Source: Eledone cirrhosa (lineage: Eukaryota). Taken from it: a stretch of 64,000 nucleotides of DNA. The notes under the pieces were generated by a model. That model saw nothing but the letters and a program-made list of their open reading frames with translations, did not search any database and was not told the origin of the DNA. This document shows positions 39,685 to 56,700 of the stretch, piece after piece; position 1 is the stretch's first letter; each line of letters starts with the position of its first letter. The stretch lies in contig OZ024740.1 in NCBI GenBank assembly GCA_964016885.1, forward strand, positions 371,504,001-371,568,000, given 5' to 3'. The position numbers were made by a program, and so were the translations under genes.

Positions 39685-41037
39685 TCATCATCATCATCAT
39701 CACCGTTTTACGTCCGTTCTTCCACGCTAGCATGGGTTAGACGGGTTGTCCTGTTGTGGGCAGTGTCTGGTCGGCTGACCATGCCTTGCTCATACAGGAA
39801 CTGATCTGGCTTGATTTCTACAGCTGGATGCCCTTCCTAACACCGACCTCATTTACAGTGAGTGCTGGGTGCTTTTTCGTGGCGCCTACACGTCCACTTT
39901 ACAGTGTGGGCTGGGTGCTTTTTTGCCGTGGCACCTCCACGACCACCTTGCGGTGGGGGGAGTGGGGGAATATTGTTTATATGCTTCAGCATGTACCCAT
40001 GGGAGGTCGGGTACCCTGTATTACTGCGTGACGCCAGAAGTCACGGTCGTGTGTCATTGACTTTGAGAGGTGTAGTTGGGTAAGGTCGGCTTTTATCACC
40101 TCATCCCAAGTCATCTTGGGTCTCCCCACTCCGCGGTTTCCATCAACTTCTAGTGCTCTGCACCTTTTTATGCAGCTGTCATCCTTCATACGCATCACAT
40201 GTCCATACCAGCATAACCGCCTCTCCTGCACGCAGCATTTGATTCCTCTTATGCTCAGTCTCTCTCTCAATTCCTTTATGCTTTGTCGTTCACGTATATT
40301 ACTGTTACACATCCATCGGAGCATGCAGGCTTCGTTTCTCTCTAATCTACGTAAGTCTTCCACCTTCAGCGCCCAGGTCTCACTACCATGCAACATCGCT
40401 GTTCGGATACACGCATCATACAGTCTGCCTTTCATTCTGAGGGAGAAGCCTTTTGCAGCTAGCAGTGGTAGTAGTTCCCTAAACTTCTTCCATCCCGTTC
40501 TTACCCTAGTTATTGTACTTTCTGAGCACCCACCTCCGTTGCTAATTCGGTCACCTAGGTAGCAGAAGCTGTCTACTGTTTCTACAGGGCCCTCCCAGAG
40601 ATTGGTGGTACTTGTTTCCTGTGGCTGTTTGCTTGCTGTTTCAGCACAGCTGCTGCATGTGAATCCTACATTCTTAATTAAGCTTCCTGAGATCCCGCTA
40701 CATCATTTGTGTACCCATTGTTTGCATTTGGGGCAGAGAATGGAGTTCCTACCTACACCTTTCCTACATACTGAGCAAGGCCATTTCCCTGAGGGGATCT
40801 GGGTTCTGTTTTCTCGTCTACTTATAAGGACCTTAGTCTTTGTCATGTTGACTTTGAGGCCCTTTCTCTCTAGTCCCTGCTTCCAGGTTTGGAATTTATT
40901 CTCTAGTTCTACCATAGATTCAGCTATGAGTGCGAGGTCATCAGCATACAGGAGTTCCCATGGGCATCCGGTCTTAAACTCCTCCGTTATTGCCTGCAGG
41001 ACTATGATGAACAGGAGAGGGCTAAGAACAGAGCCCA
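39685..41037 (-). mobile_element. 5'-truncated RTE-clade LINE inserted in the satellite
   Basis: RT motifs GSVLSPLLF, LLYADD, GLKVNMTKTK and FCYLG; RTE C-terminus WYGHVMR...GRPKMTW; (GAT)n tail. Confidence 0.95.
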
Positions 41038-41038
41038 T
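39986..41038 (-). pseudogene. RTE reverse transcriptase ORF fragment with one in-frame TGA at 40703-40705
   Basis: ORFs 40703-41038 and 39986-40435 are in the same frame and are joined by open sequence after the single stop. Confidence 0.9.
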
Positions 41039-44000
41039 ATTTCACTATATTCCATCTTTCATGATATTCCATCTTTCATTATATTCCATCTTTCACTATA
41101 TTCCATCTTTCACTATATTCCATCTTTCACTATATTCCATCTTTCACTATATTCCATCTTTCATTATATTCCATATTTAACTATATTCTATCTTTCACTA
41201 TATTCCATAATTCATTATATTCCATCTTTCACTATATTCCATCATTCATTATATTCCATCATTCACTATATTCCATCATCCATTATATTCCATCTTTCAC
41301 TATATTCCATCTTTCACTATATTCCTTCTTTCATTATATTCCATCTTTCACTATATTTCATCTTTCACTATATTCCATCTTTCATTATATTCCATCTTTC
41401 ACTATATTCCATCTTTCATTATATTCCATAATTCATTATATTCCATCTTTCACTATATTCCATCTTTCATTATATTCCATCTTTCACTATAATCCATCTT
41501 TCACTATATTCCATCTTTCACTATATTCCATATTTCACTATGTTCCATCTTTCACTATATTCCATCTTTCACTATATTCCATCTTTTATTATATTCCATC
41601 TTTCACTATATTCCATCTTTCATTATATTCCATCTTTCACTATATTCCATCTTTCACTATATTCCATAATTCAATATATTCCATCTTTCACTATATTCCA
41701 TCTTTCATTATATTCCATCTTTCACTATATTCCATCTTTCACTATATTCCATCTTTTATTATATTCCATCTTTAACTATATTCCATCTTTCACTATATTC
41801 TATATTTCACTATATTCCATAATTCATTATATTCCATCTTTCACTATATTCCATCTTTCACTATATTCCATAATTCAATTTATTCCATCTTTCATTATAT
41901 TCCATCTTTCATTATATTCCATCTTTCACTATATTCCATCTTTCACTATATTCCATCTTTCATTATATTCCATCATTCACTATATTCCATCCTTCACTAT
42001 ATTCCATCTTTCACTATATTCCATATTTCACTATATTCCATCTTTCACGATATTCCATCTTTCATTATATTCCATCTTTCACTATATTCCATCTTTCACT
42101 ATATTCCATCTTTCACTATATTCCATCTTTCACTATATTCCATCTTTCATTATATTCCATATTTAACTGTATTCTATCTTTCACTATATTCCATCTTTCA
42201 TTATATTCCATCTTTCACTATATTCCATCTTTCATTATATTCCATATTTAATTATATTCCATCTTTCACTATATTCCATCCTTCACTATATTCCATCTTT
42301 CACTATATTCCATCTTTCATTATATTCCATCATTCACTATATTCCATCATTCATTATATTCCATATTTCACTATATTCCATCTTTCACGATATTCCATCT
42401 TTCATTATATTCCATCTTTCACTATATTCCATCTTTCATGATATTCCATCTTTCAATATATTCCATCTTTCACTATATTCCATGTTTAACTATATTCCAT
42501 CTTTCACTATATTCCATCTTTCACTATATTCCATCTTTCATTATATTCCATCTTTCACTATATTCTATCTTTCATTATATTCCATAATTCATTATATTCC
42601 ATCTTTCACTATATTCCATGTTTAACTATATTCCATCTTTCACTATATTCCATCTTTCACTATACTCCATGTTTCATTATATTCCATCTTTCACTATATT
42701 CCATCTTTCACTATATTATATCTTTCACTATATTCCATAACTCATTATATTCCTTCTTTCACTATATTCCATCTTTCACTATATTCCATCATTCATTATA
42801 TTCCATCATTCACTATATTCCATCATTCATTATATTCCATATTTCACTATATACCATCTTTCACGATATTCCATCTTTCATTATATTCCATCTTTCACTA
42901 TATTCCATCTTTCACTATATTCCATCTTTCATTATATTCCATCTTTCACTATATTCCATCTTTCATTATATTCCATATTTCACTATATTCCATCTTTCAT
43001 TATATTCCATAATCCATTATATTCCATCTATCACGATATTCCATCTTTCAGTATATTCCATCTTTCACTATATTCCATATTTCACTATATTCCATCTTTC
43101 ACGATATTCCATCTTTCATTATATTCAATCTTTCACTATATTCCATCTTTCACTATATTCCATCCTTCACTATATTCCATCTTTCACTATATTCCATATT
43201 TCACTATATTCCATCTTTCACGATATTCCATCTTTCATTATATTCCATCTTTCACTATATTCCATCTTTCACTATATTCCATCTTTCACTATATTCCATC
43301 TTTCATTATATTCCATATTTAACTGTATTCTCTCTTTCACTATATTCCATCTTTCATTATATTCCATCTTTCACTATATTCCATCTTTCATTATATTCCA
43401 TATTTAATTATATTCCATCTTTCACTATATTCCATCCTTTACTATATTCCATCTTTCACTATATTCCATCTTTCATTATATTCCATTATTCACTATATTC
43501 CATCATTCATTATATTCCATATTTCACTATATTCCATCTTTCACGATATTCCATCTTTCATTATATTCCATCTTTCACTATATTCCATCTTTCACGATAT
43601 TCCATCTTTCACTATATTCCATCTTTCACTATATTCCATCTTTCATCATATTCCATATTTAACTATATTCCATCTTTCACTATATTCCATCTTTCACTAT
43701 ATTCCATCTTTCATTATATTCCATCTTTCACTATATTCTATCTTTCATTATATTCCATAATTCATTATATTCCATCTTTCACTATATTCCATGTTTAACT
43801 ATATTCCATCTTTCACTATATTCCATCTTTCACTATACTCCATGTTTCATTATATTCCATCTTTCACTATATTCCATCTTTCACTATATTATATCTTTCA
43901 CTATATTCCATAACTCATTATATTCCTTCTTTCACTATATTCCATCTTTCACTATATTCCATCTTTCATTATATTCCATCATTCACTATATTCCATCATT

Positions 44001-47000
44001 CATTATATTCCATATTTCACTATATACCATCTTTCACGATATTCCATCTTTCATTATATTCCATCTTTCACTATATTCCATCTTTAACTATATTCCATCA
44101 TTCATTATATTCCATCATTCACTATATTCCATCATTCATTATATTCCATCTTTCACTATATTCCATCTTTCACTATGTTCCATCTTTCATTATATTCCAT
44201 CTTTCACTATATTTCATCTTTCACTATATTCCATCTTTCATTATATTCCATCTTTCACTATATTCCATCTTTCATTATATTCCATAATTCATTATATTCC
44301 ATCTTTCACTATATTCCATCTTTCATTATATTCCATCTTTCACTATATTCCATCTTTCATTATATTCCATAATTCATTATATTCCATCTTTCACTATATT
44401 CCATATTTCACTATATTCCATAATTCATTATATTCCATCTTTCACTATATTCCATCTTTCATTATATTCCATCTTTAACTATATTCCATCTTTCACTATA
44501 TTCCATCTTTCATTATATTCCATCTTTCACTATATTCCATCTTTCATTATAGTCCATCTTTCACTATATTCCATCATTCACTATATTCCATCTTTCACTA
44601 TATTCCATCTTTCACTATATTCCATAATTCATTATATTCCATCTTTCACTATATTTCATCTTTCACTATATTCCATCTTTCACTATATTCCATCTTTCAC
44701 TATATTCCTTCATTCACTATATTCCATCTTTCACTATATTCCACTTTTCACTATATTCCATCTTTCACTATATTCCATCTTTCACTATATTCCATCTTTC
44801 ATTATATTCCATCTTTCACTATATTCCATCTTTCATTATATTCCATCTTTCACTATATTCCATCTTTCCCTATATTCCATCTTTCACTATATTCCATCGT
44901 TTACTATATTCCATCTTTCACTATATTCCATAATTCATTATATTCCATCTTTCACTATATTCCATCTTTCACTATATTCCATCTTTCACTATATTCCATC
45001 TTTCACTATATTCCATCATTCACTATATTCCATCTTTCACTATATTCCATCTTTCACTATATTCCATCATTCACTATATTCCATCTTTCACTATATTCCA
45101 TCTTTCACTATATTCCATCTTTCACTATATTCCATCTTTCACTATATTCCATCTTTCACTATATTCCATCTTTCATTATATTCCATCTTTCACTATATTC
45201 CATCATTTCAGTATATTCAGTATATTCAATCTTTCACGATATACCATCTTTCATTATATTCCTACTTTCACTATATTCCATCTTTCACTATATTCCAGCT
45301 TTCACTATATTCCATCTTTCACTATATTCCATCTTTCATTTTATTCCATATTTAACTATATTCCATCTTTCACTATATTCCATCTTTCACTATATTCCAT
45401 CTTTCATTATATTCCATCTTTCACTATGTTCCATCTTTCACTATATTCTATCTTTCACTATATTCCATAATTCATTATATTCCATCTTTCACTATATTCC
45501 ATCTTTCATTATATTCCATCTTTCACTATATTCCATCTTTCACTATATTCCATCTTTCACTATATTCCATCTTTCATTATATTCCATCTTTCACTATATT
45601 CCATCTTTCACTATATTCTATCTTTCACTATATTCCATAATTCATTATATTCCATCTTTCACTATATTCCATCTCTCACTATATTCCATCATTCATTATA
45701 TTCCATCATTCACTATATTCCATCATTCATTATATTTCATATTTCACTATATTCCATCTTTCACTATGTTACATCTTTCATTATATTCCATCTTTCACTA
45801 TATTCCATCTTTCACTATATTCCATCTTTCACTATATTCCATCTTTCACTATATTCCATCTTTCTTTATATTCCATCTTTCACTATATTCCATCTTTCAT
45901 TATATTCCATATTTAACTATATTCCATCTTTCACTATATTCCATCTTTCACTATATTCCATCTTTCATTATATTCCATCTTTCACTATATTCCATCTTTC
46001 ACTATATTCTATCTTTCACTATATTCCATAATTCATTATATTCCATCTTTCACTATATTCCATATTTAACTATATTCCATCTTTCACTATATTCCATCTT
46101 TCACTATATTCTATCTTTCACTATATTCCATAATTCATTATATTCCATCTTTCACTATATTCCATCTTTCACTATATTCCATCATTCATTATATTCCATC
46201 ATTCACTATATTCCATCATTCATTATATTCCATATTTCACTATATTCCATCTTTCACGATATTCCATCTTTCACTATATTCCATCTTTCACTATATTCCA
46301 TCCTTCACTATATTCCATCTTTCACTATATTCCATATTTCACTATATTCCATCTTTCACGATATTCCATCTTTCATTATATTCCATCTTTCACTATATTC
46401 CATCTTTCACTATATTCCATCTTTCACTATATTCCATGATTCATTATATTCCATATTTCACTATATTCCATCTTTCACGATATTCCATCTTTCATTATAT
46501 TCAATCTTTCACTATATTCCATCTTTCACTATATTCCATCTTTCATTATATTCCATCTTTCACTATATTCCATCTGTCATTATATTCCATATTTAATTAT
46601 ATTCCATCTTTCACTATATTCCATCCTTCACTATATTCCATCTTTCACTATATTCCATCTTTCATTATGTTCCATCATTCACTATATTCCATCATTCATT
46701 ATATTCCATATTTCACTATATTCCATCTTTCACGATATTCCATCTTTCATTATATTCCATCTTTCACTATATTCCATCTTTCACTATATTCCATCTTTCA
46801 CTATATTCCATCTTTCACTATATTCCATCTTTCATTATATTCCATATTTAACTATATTCCATCTTTCACTATATTCCATCTTTCACTATATTCCATCTTT
46901 CATTATATTCCATCTTTCACTATATTCCATCTTTCACTATATTCTATCTTTCATTATATTCCATAATTCATTATATTCCAACTTTGACTATATTCCATGT

Positions 47001-47695
47001 TTAACTATATTCCATTTTTCACTATATTCCATCTTTCACTATACTCCATCTTTCATTATATTCCATCTTTCACTATATTCCATCTTTCACTATATTATAT
47101 CTTTCACTATATTCCATAACTCATTATATTCCTTCTTTCACTATATTCCATCTTTCACTATATTCCATCATTCATTATATTCCATTATTCACTATATTCC
47201 ATCATTCATTATATTCCATATTTCACTATATTCCATCTTTCACGATATTCCATCTTTCACTATATTCCATCTTTCACTATATTCCATCTTTCATCATATT
47301 CCATATTTAACTATATTCCATCTTTCACTATATTCCATCTTTCACTATATTCCATCTTTCATTATATTCCATCTTTCACTATATTCTATCTTTCATTATA
47401 TTCCATTATTCATTATATTCCATCTTTCACTATATTCCATGTTTAACTATATTCCATCTTTCACTATATTCCATCTTTCACTATACTCCATGTTTCATTA
47501 TATTCCATCTTTCACTATATTCCATCTTTCACTATATTCCATCATTCACTATATTCCATCTTTCACTATATTAGATCTTTCACTATATTCCATCTTTCAC
47601 TATATTCCATCTTTCACTATATTCCATCTTTCACTATATTCCATCTTTCATTATATTGCATCTTTCACTATATTCCATCTTTCATTATATTCCAT

Positions 47696-47791
47696 TGAGG
47701 TTGACTTTGCCTTTCATCCTTACGGGGTCGATAAAATAAAGTACCAGTAATGCACTGGGTAATTGCTGGCCTTGTGCCTAAAGTAGAAACA
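47696..47791 (+). mobile_element. 5'-truncated SINE in the satellite, 12-bp TSD ATTATATTCCAT
   Basis: An empty paralogous site exists at about 50335-50346. Confidence 0.93.
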
Positions 47792-50700
47792 ATTATATTC
47801 CATCTTTCATTATATTCCATTTTTCACTATATTCCATCTTTCAATATATTCCATCTTTCACTATATTCCATCTTTCACTATATTCCATCATTCATTATAT
47901 TCCATCTTTCACTATATTCCATCTTTCATTATATTCCATCTTTCACTATATTCCATCATTGATTATATTCCATCTTTCACTATATTCCATCTTTCATTAT
48001 ATTCCATCTTTCATCATATTCCATCTTTCACTATATTCCATCTTTCATTATATTCCATCTTTCACTATATTCCATCATTTCAGTATATTCAGTATATTCA
48101 ATCTTTCACGATATACCATCTTTCATTATATTCCTACTTTCACTATATTCCATCTTTCACTATATTCCAGCTTTCACTATATTCCATCTTTCACTATATT
48201 CCATCTTTCATTTTATTCCATATTTAACTATATTCCATCTTTCACTATATTCCATCTTTCACTATATTCCATCTTTCATTATATTCCATCTTTCACTATG
48301 TTCCATCTTTCACTATATTCTATCTTTCACTATATTCCATAATTCATTATATTCCATCTTTCACTATATTCCATCTTTCATTATATTCCATCTTTCACTA
48401 TATTCCATCTTTCACTATATTCCATCTTTCACTATATTCCATCTTTCATTATATTCCATCTTTCACTATATTCCATCTTTCACTATATTCTATCTTTCAC
48501 TATATTCCATCTTTCATTATATTCCATCTTTCACTATATTCCATCTTTCATTATATTCCATATTTAACTATATTCCATCTTTCACTATATTCCATCTTTC
48601 ACTATATTCCATCTTTCATTATATTCCATCTTTCACTATATTCCATCTTTCACTATTATCTATCTTTCACTATATTCCATAATTCATTATATTCCATCTT
48701 TCACTATATTCCATATTTAACTATATTCCATCTTTCACTATATTCCATCTTTCACTATATTCTATCTTTCACTATATTCCATAATTCATTATATTCCATC
48801 TTTCACTATATTCCATCTTTCACTATATTCCATCATTCATTATATTCCATCATTCACTATATTCCATCATTCATTATATTCCATATTTCACTATATTCCA
48901 TCTTTCACGATATTCCATCTTTCACTATATTCCATCTTTCACTATATTCCATCCTTCACTATATTCCATCTTTCACTATATTCCATATTTCACTATATTC
49001 CATCTTTCACGATATTCCATCTTTCATTATATTCCATCTTTCACTATATTCCATCTTTCACTATATTCCATCTTTCACTATATTCCATGATTCATTATAT
49101 TCCATATTTCACTATATTCCATCTTTCACGATATTCCATCTTTCATTATATTCAATCTTTCACTATATTCCATCTTTCACTATATTCCATCTTTCATTAT
49201 ATTCCATCTTTCACTATATTCCATCTGTCATTATATTCCATATTTAATTATATTCCATCTTTCACTATATTCCATCCTTCACTATATTCCATCTTTCACT
49301 ATATTCCATCTTTCATTATGTTCCATCATTCACTATATTCCATCATTCATTATATTCCATATTTCACTATATTCCATCTTTCACGATATTCCATCTTTCA
49401 TTATATTCCATCTTTCACTATATTCCATCTTTCACTATATTCCATCTTTCACTATATTCCATCTTTCACTATATTCCATCTTTCATTATATTCCATATTT
49501 AACTATATTCCATCTTTCACTATATTCCATCTTTCACTATATTCCATCTTTCATTATATTCCATCTTTCACTATATTCCATCTTTCACTATATTCTATCT
49601 TTCATTATATTCCATAATTCATTATATTCCAACTTTGACTATATTCCATGTTTAACTATATTCCATTTTTCACTATATTGCATCTTTCACTATACTCCAT
49701 CTTTCATTATATTCCATCTTTCACTATATTCCATCTTTCACTATATTATATCTTTCACTATATTCCATAACTCATTATATTCCTTCTTTCACTATATTCC
49801 ATCTTTCACTATATTCCATCATTCATTATATTCCATTATTCACTATATTCCATCATTCATTATATTCCATATTTCACTATATTCCATCTTTCACGATATT
49901 CCATCTTTCACTATATTCCATCTTTCACTATATTCCATCTTTCATCATATTGCATATTTAACTATATTCCATCTTTCACTATATTCCATCTTTCACTATA
50001 TTCCATCTTTCATTATATTCCATCTTTCACTATATTCTATCTTTCATTATATTCCATTATTCATTATATTCCATCTTTCACTATATTCCATGTTTAACTA
50101 TATTCCATCTTTCACTATATTCCATCTTTCACTATACTCCATGTTTCATTATATTCCATCTTTCACTATATTCCATCTTTCACTATATTCCATCATTCAC
50201 TATATTCCATCTTTCACTATATTAGATCTTTCACTATATTCCATCTTTCACTATATTCCATCTTTCACTATATTCCATCTTTCACTATATTCCATCTTTC
50301 ATTATATTGCATCTTTCACTATATTCCATCTTTCATTATATTCCATCTTTCATTATATTCCATTTTTCACTATATTCCATCTTTCAATATATTCCATCTT
50401 TCACTATATTCCATCTTTCACTATATTCCATCATTCATTATATTCCATCTTTCACTATATTCCATCTTTCATTATATTCCATCTTTCACTATATTCCATC
50501 ATTGATTATATTCCATCTTTCACTATATTCCATCTTTCATTATATTCCATCTTTCATCATATTCCATCTTTCACTATATTCCATCTTTCATTATATTCCA
50601 TCTTTCACTATATTCCATCATTTCAGTATATTCAGTATATTCAATCTTTCACGATATACCATCTTTCATTATATTCCTACTTTCACTATATTCCATCTTT

Positions 50701-53700
50701 CACTATATTCCAGCTTTCACTATATTCCATCTTTCACTATATTCCATCTTTCATTTTATTCCATATTTAACTATATTCCATCTTTCACTATATTCCATCT
50801 TTCACTATATTCCATCTTTCATTATATTCCATCTTTCACTATGTTCCATCTTTCACTATATTCTATCTTTCACTATATTCCATAATTCATTATATTCCAT
50901 CTTTCACTATATTCCATCTTTCATTATATTCCATCTTTCACTATATTCCATCTTTCACTATATTCCATCTTTCACTATATTCCATCTTTCATTATATTCC
51001 ATCTTTCACTATATTCCATCTTTCACTATATTCTATCTTTCACTATATTCCATCTTTCATTATATTCCATCTTTCACTATATTCCATCTTTCATTATATT
51101 CCATATTTAACTATATTCTATCTTTCACTATATTCCATCTTTCACTATATTCCATCTTTCATTATATTCCATCTTTCACTATATTCCATCTTTCACTATT
51201 ATCTATCTTTCACTATATTCCATAATTCATTATATTCCATCTTTCACTATATTCCATATTTAACTATATTCCATCTTTCACTATATTCCATCTTTCACTA
51301 TATTCTATCTTTCACTATATTCCATAATTCATTATATTCCATCTTTCACTATATTCCATCTTTCACTATATTCCATCATTCATTATATTCCATCATTCAC
51401 TATATTCCATCATTCATTATATTCCATATTTCACTATATTCCATCTTTCACGATATTCCATCTTTCACTATATTCCATCTTTCACTATATTCCATCCTTC
51501 ACTATATTCCATCTTTCACTATATTCCATATTTCACTATATTCCATCTTTCACGATATTCCATCTTTCATTATATTCCATCTTTCACTATATTCCATCTT
51601 TCACTATATTCCATCTTTCACTATATTCCATGATTCATTATATTCCATATTTCACTATATTCCATCTTTCACGATATTCCATCTTTCATTATATTCAATC
51701 TTTCACTATATTCCATCTTTCACTATATTCCATCTTTCATTATATTCCATCTTTCACTATATTCCATCTGTCATTATATTCCATATTTAATTATATTCCA
51801 TCTTTCACTATATTCCATCCTTCACTATATTCCATCTGTCACTATATTCCATCTTTCATTATGTTCCATCATTCACTATATTCCATCATTCATTATATTC
51901 CATATTTCACTATATTCCATCTTTCACGATATTCCATCTTTCATTATATTCCATATTTAACTATATTCCATCTTTCACTATATTCCATCTTTCACTATAT
52001 TCCATCTTTCATTATATTCCATCTTTCACTATATTCCATCTTTCACTATATTCTATCTTTCATTATATTCCATAATTCATTATATTCCAACTTTCACTAT
52101 ATTCCATGTTTAACTATATTCCATTTTTCACTATATTCCATCTTTCACTATACTCCATCTTTCATTATATTCCATCTTTCACTATATTCCATCTTTCACT
52201 ATATTATATCTTTCACTATATTCCATAACTCATTATATTCCTTCTTTCACTATATTCCATCTTTCACTATATTCCATCATTCATTATATTCCATTATTCA
52301 CTATATTCCATCATTCATTATATTCCATATTTCACTATATTCCATCTTTCACGATATTCCATCTTTCACTATATTCCATCTTTTACTATATTCCATCTTT
52401 CATCATATTCCATATTTAACTATATTCCATCTTTCACTATATTACATCTTTCACTATATTCCATCTTTCATTATATTCCATCTTTCACTATATTCTATCT
52501 TTCATTATATTCCATTATTCATTATATTCCATCTTTCACTATACTCCATGTTTCATTATATTCCATCTTTCACTATATTCCATCTTTCACTATATTCCAT
52601 CATTCACTATATTCCATCTTTCACTATATTAGATCTTTCACTATATTCCATCTTTCACTATATTCCATCTTTCACTATATTCCATCTTTCACTATATTCC
52701 ATCTTTCATTATATTGCATCTTTCACTATATTCCATCTTTCATTATATTCCATCTTTCATTATATTCCATTTTTCACTATATTCCATCTTTCAATATATT
52801 CCATCTTTCACTATATTCCATCTTTCACTATATTCCATCATTCATTATATTCCATCTTTCACTATATTCCATCTTTCATTATATTCCATCTTTCACTATA
52901 TTCCATCATTCATTATATTCCATCTTTCACTATATTCCATCTTTCACTATATTCCATCTTTCATTATATTCCATCTTTCACTATATTCCATCATTTCAGT
53001 ATATTCAGTATATTCAATCTTTCACGATATACCATCTTTCATTATATTCCTTCTTTCACTATATTCCATCTTTCACTATATTCCAGCTTTCACTATATTC
53101 CATCTTTCACTATATTCCATCTTTCATTTTATTCCATATTTAACTATATTCCATCTTTCACTATATTCCATCTTTCATTATATTCCATCTTTCACTATAT
53201 TCCATCTTTCACTATATTCCATCTTTCACTATATTCCATCTTTCATTATATTCCATCTTTCACTATATTCCATCTTTCACTATATTCTATCTTTCACTAT
53301 ATTCCATAATTCATTATATTCCATCTTTCACTATATTCCATCTCTCACTATATTCCATCATTCATTATATTCCATCATTCACTATAATCCATCATTCATT
53401 ATATTTCATATTTCACTATATTCCATCTTTCACTATGTTCCATCTTTCATTATATTCCATCTTTCACTATATTCCATCTTTCACTAAATTCCATCTTTCA
53501 CTATATTCCATGTTTAACTATATTCCATCTTTCACTATATTTCATCTTTCACTATATTCTATCTTTCACTATATTCCATAATTCATTATATTCCATCATT
53601 CACTATATTCCATCTTTCACTATATTCCATCATTCATTATATTCCATCATTCACTATATTCCATCATTCATTATATTCCATATTTCACTATATTCCATCT

Positions 53701-56700
53701 TTCACGATATTCCATCTTTCACTATATTCCATCTTTCACTATATTCCATCCTTCACTATATTCCATCTTTCACTATATTCCATATTTCACTATATTCCAT
53801 CTTTCACGATATTCCATCTTTCATTATATTCCATCTTTCACTATATTCCATCTTTCACTATATTCCATCTTTCACTATATTCCATGATTCATTATATTCC
53901 ATCATTCATTATATTCCATATTTCACTATATTCCATCTTTCACGATATTCCATCTTTCATTATATTCCATCTTTCACTATATTCCATCTTTCACTATATT
54001 CCATCTTTCACTATATTCCATCTGTCATTATATTCCATATTTAATTATATTCCATCTTTCACTATATTCCATCCTTCACTATATTCCATCTTTCACTATA
54101 TTCCATCTTTCATTATGTTCCATCTTTCACTATATTCCATCTTTCACTATATTCTATCTTTCATTATATTCCATAATTCATTATATTCCATCTTTCACTA
54201 TATTCCATGTTTAACTATATTCCGTTTTTCACTATATTCCATCTTTCACTATACTCCATCTTTCATTATATTCCATCTTTCACTATATTCCATCTCTCAC
54301 TATATTATATCTTTCACTATATTCCATAACTCATTATATTCCTTCTTTCACTATATTCCATCTTTCACTATATTCCATCATTCATTATATTCCATCATTC
54401 ACTATATTCCATCATTCATTATATTCCATATTTCACTATATTCCATCTTTCACGATATTCCATCTTTCACTATATTCCATCTTTCACTATATTCCATCTT
54501 TCATCATATTCCATATTTAACTATATTCCATCTTTCACTATATTCCATCTTTCACTATATTCCATCTTTCATTATATTCCATCTTTCACTATATTCTATC
54601 TTTCATTATATTCCATAATTCATTATATTCCATCTTTCACTATATTCCATGTTTAACTATATTCCATCTTTCACTATATTCCATCTTTCACTATACTCCA
54701 TGTTTCATTATATTCCATATTTCACTATATTCCATCTTTCACTATATTATATCTTTCACTATATTCCATAACTCATTATATTCCTTCTTTCACTATATTC
54801 CATCTTTCACTATATTCCATCATTCATTATATTCCATCATTCACTATATTCCATCATTCATTATATTCCATATTTCACTATATACCATCTTTCACGATAT
54901 TCCATCTTTCATTATATTCCATCTTTCACTATATTCCATCTTTCACTATATTCCATCTTTCACTATATTCCATGATTCATTATATTCCATCTTTCACTAT
55001 ATTCCATCTTTAACTATATTCCATCATTCATTATATTCCATCTTTCACTATATTCCATCTTTCACTATATTCCATCTTTCATTATATTCCATCTTTCACT
55101 ATATTTCATCTTTCACTATATTCCATCTTTCATTATATTCCATCTTTCACTATATTCCATCTTTCATTATATTCCATAATTCATTATATTCCATCTTTCA
55201 CTATATTCCATCTTTCATTATATTCCATCTTTCACTATATTCCATCTTTCATTATATTCCATCTTTCACTATATTCCATCTTTCATTATATTCCATAATC
55301 CATTATATTCCATCTCTCACGATATTCCATCTTTCAGTATATTCCATCTTTCACTATATTCCATCTTTCACTATATTCCATCTTCCACTATATTTCATCT
55401 TTCACTATATTCCATAATTCATTATATTCCATCTTTCACTATATTCCATCTTTCACTATATTCCATAATTCATTATATTCCATCTTTCACTATATTCCAT
55501 CTTTCATTATATTCCATCTTTAACTATATTCCATCTTTCACTATATTCCATCTTTCATTATATTCCATCTTTCACTATATTCCATCTTTCACTATATTCC
55601 ATCTTTCACTATATTCCATCATTCACTATATTCCATCTTTCACTATATTCCATCTTTCACTATATTCCATAATTCATTATATTCCATCTTTCACTATATT
55701 TCATCTTTCACTATATTCCATCTTTCACTATATTCCATCTGTCATTATATTCCATATTTAATTATATTCCATCTTTCACTATATTCCATCCTTCACTATA
55801 TTCCATCTTTCACTATATTCCATCTTTCATTATGTTCCATCTTTCACTATATTCCATCTTTCACTATATTCTATCTTTCATTATATTCCATAATTCATTA
55901 TATTCCATCTTTCACTATATTCCATGTTTAACTATATTCCGTTTTTCACTATATTCCATCTTTCACTATACTCCATCTTTCATTATATTCCATCTTTCAC
56001 TATATTCCATCTTTCACTATATTATATCTTTCACTATATTCCATAACTCATTATATTCCTTCTTTCACTATATTCCATCTTTCACTATATTCCATCATTC
56101 ATTATATTCCATCATTCACTATATTCCATCATTCATTATATTCCATATTTCACTATATTCCATCTTTCACGATATTCCATCTTTCACTATATTCCATCTT
56201 TCACTATATTCCATCTTTCATCATATTCCATATTTAACTATATTCCATCTTTCACTATATTCCATCTTTCACTATATTCCATCTTTCATTATATTCCATC
56301 TTTCACTATATTCTATCTTTCATTATATTCCATAATTCATTATATTCCATCTTTCACTATATTCCATGTTTAACTATATTCCATCTTTCACTATATTCCA
56401 TCTTTCACTATACTCCATGTTTCATTATATTCCATATTTCACTATATTCCATCTTTCACTATATTATATCTTTCACTATATTCCATAACTCATTATATTC
56501 CTTCTTTCACTATATTCCATCTTTCACTATATTCCATCATTCATTATATTCCATCATTCACTATATTCCATCATTCATTATATTCCATATTTCACTATAT
56601 ACCATCTTTCACGATATTCCATCTTTCATTATATTCCATCTTTCACTATATTCCATCTTTCACTATATTCCATCTTTCACTATATTCCATGATTCATTAT

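Noticed and set aside
40703-40705. In-frame TGA as selenocysteine
   Set aside because: The position is not a metal-ligand Cys, no SECIS was recognised, and a point mutation from an Arg codon is simpler
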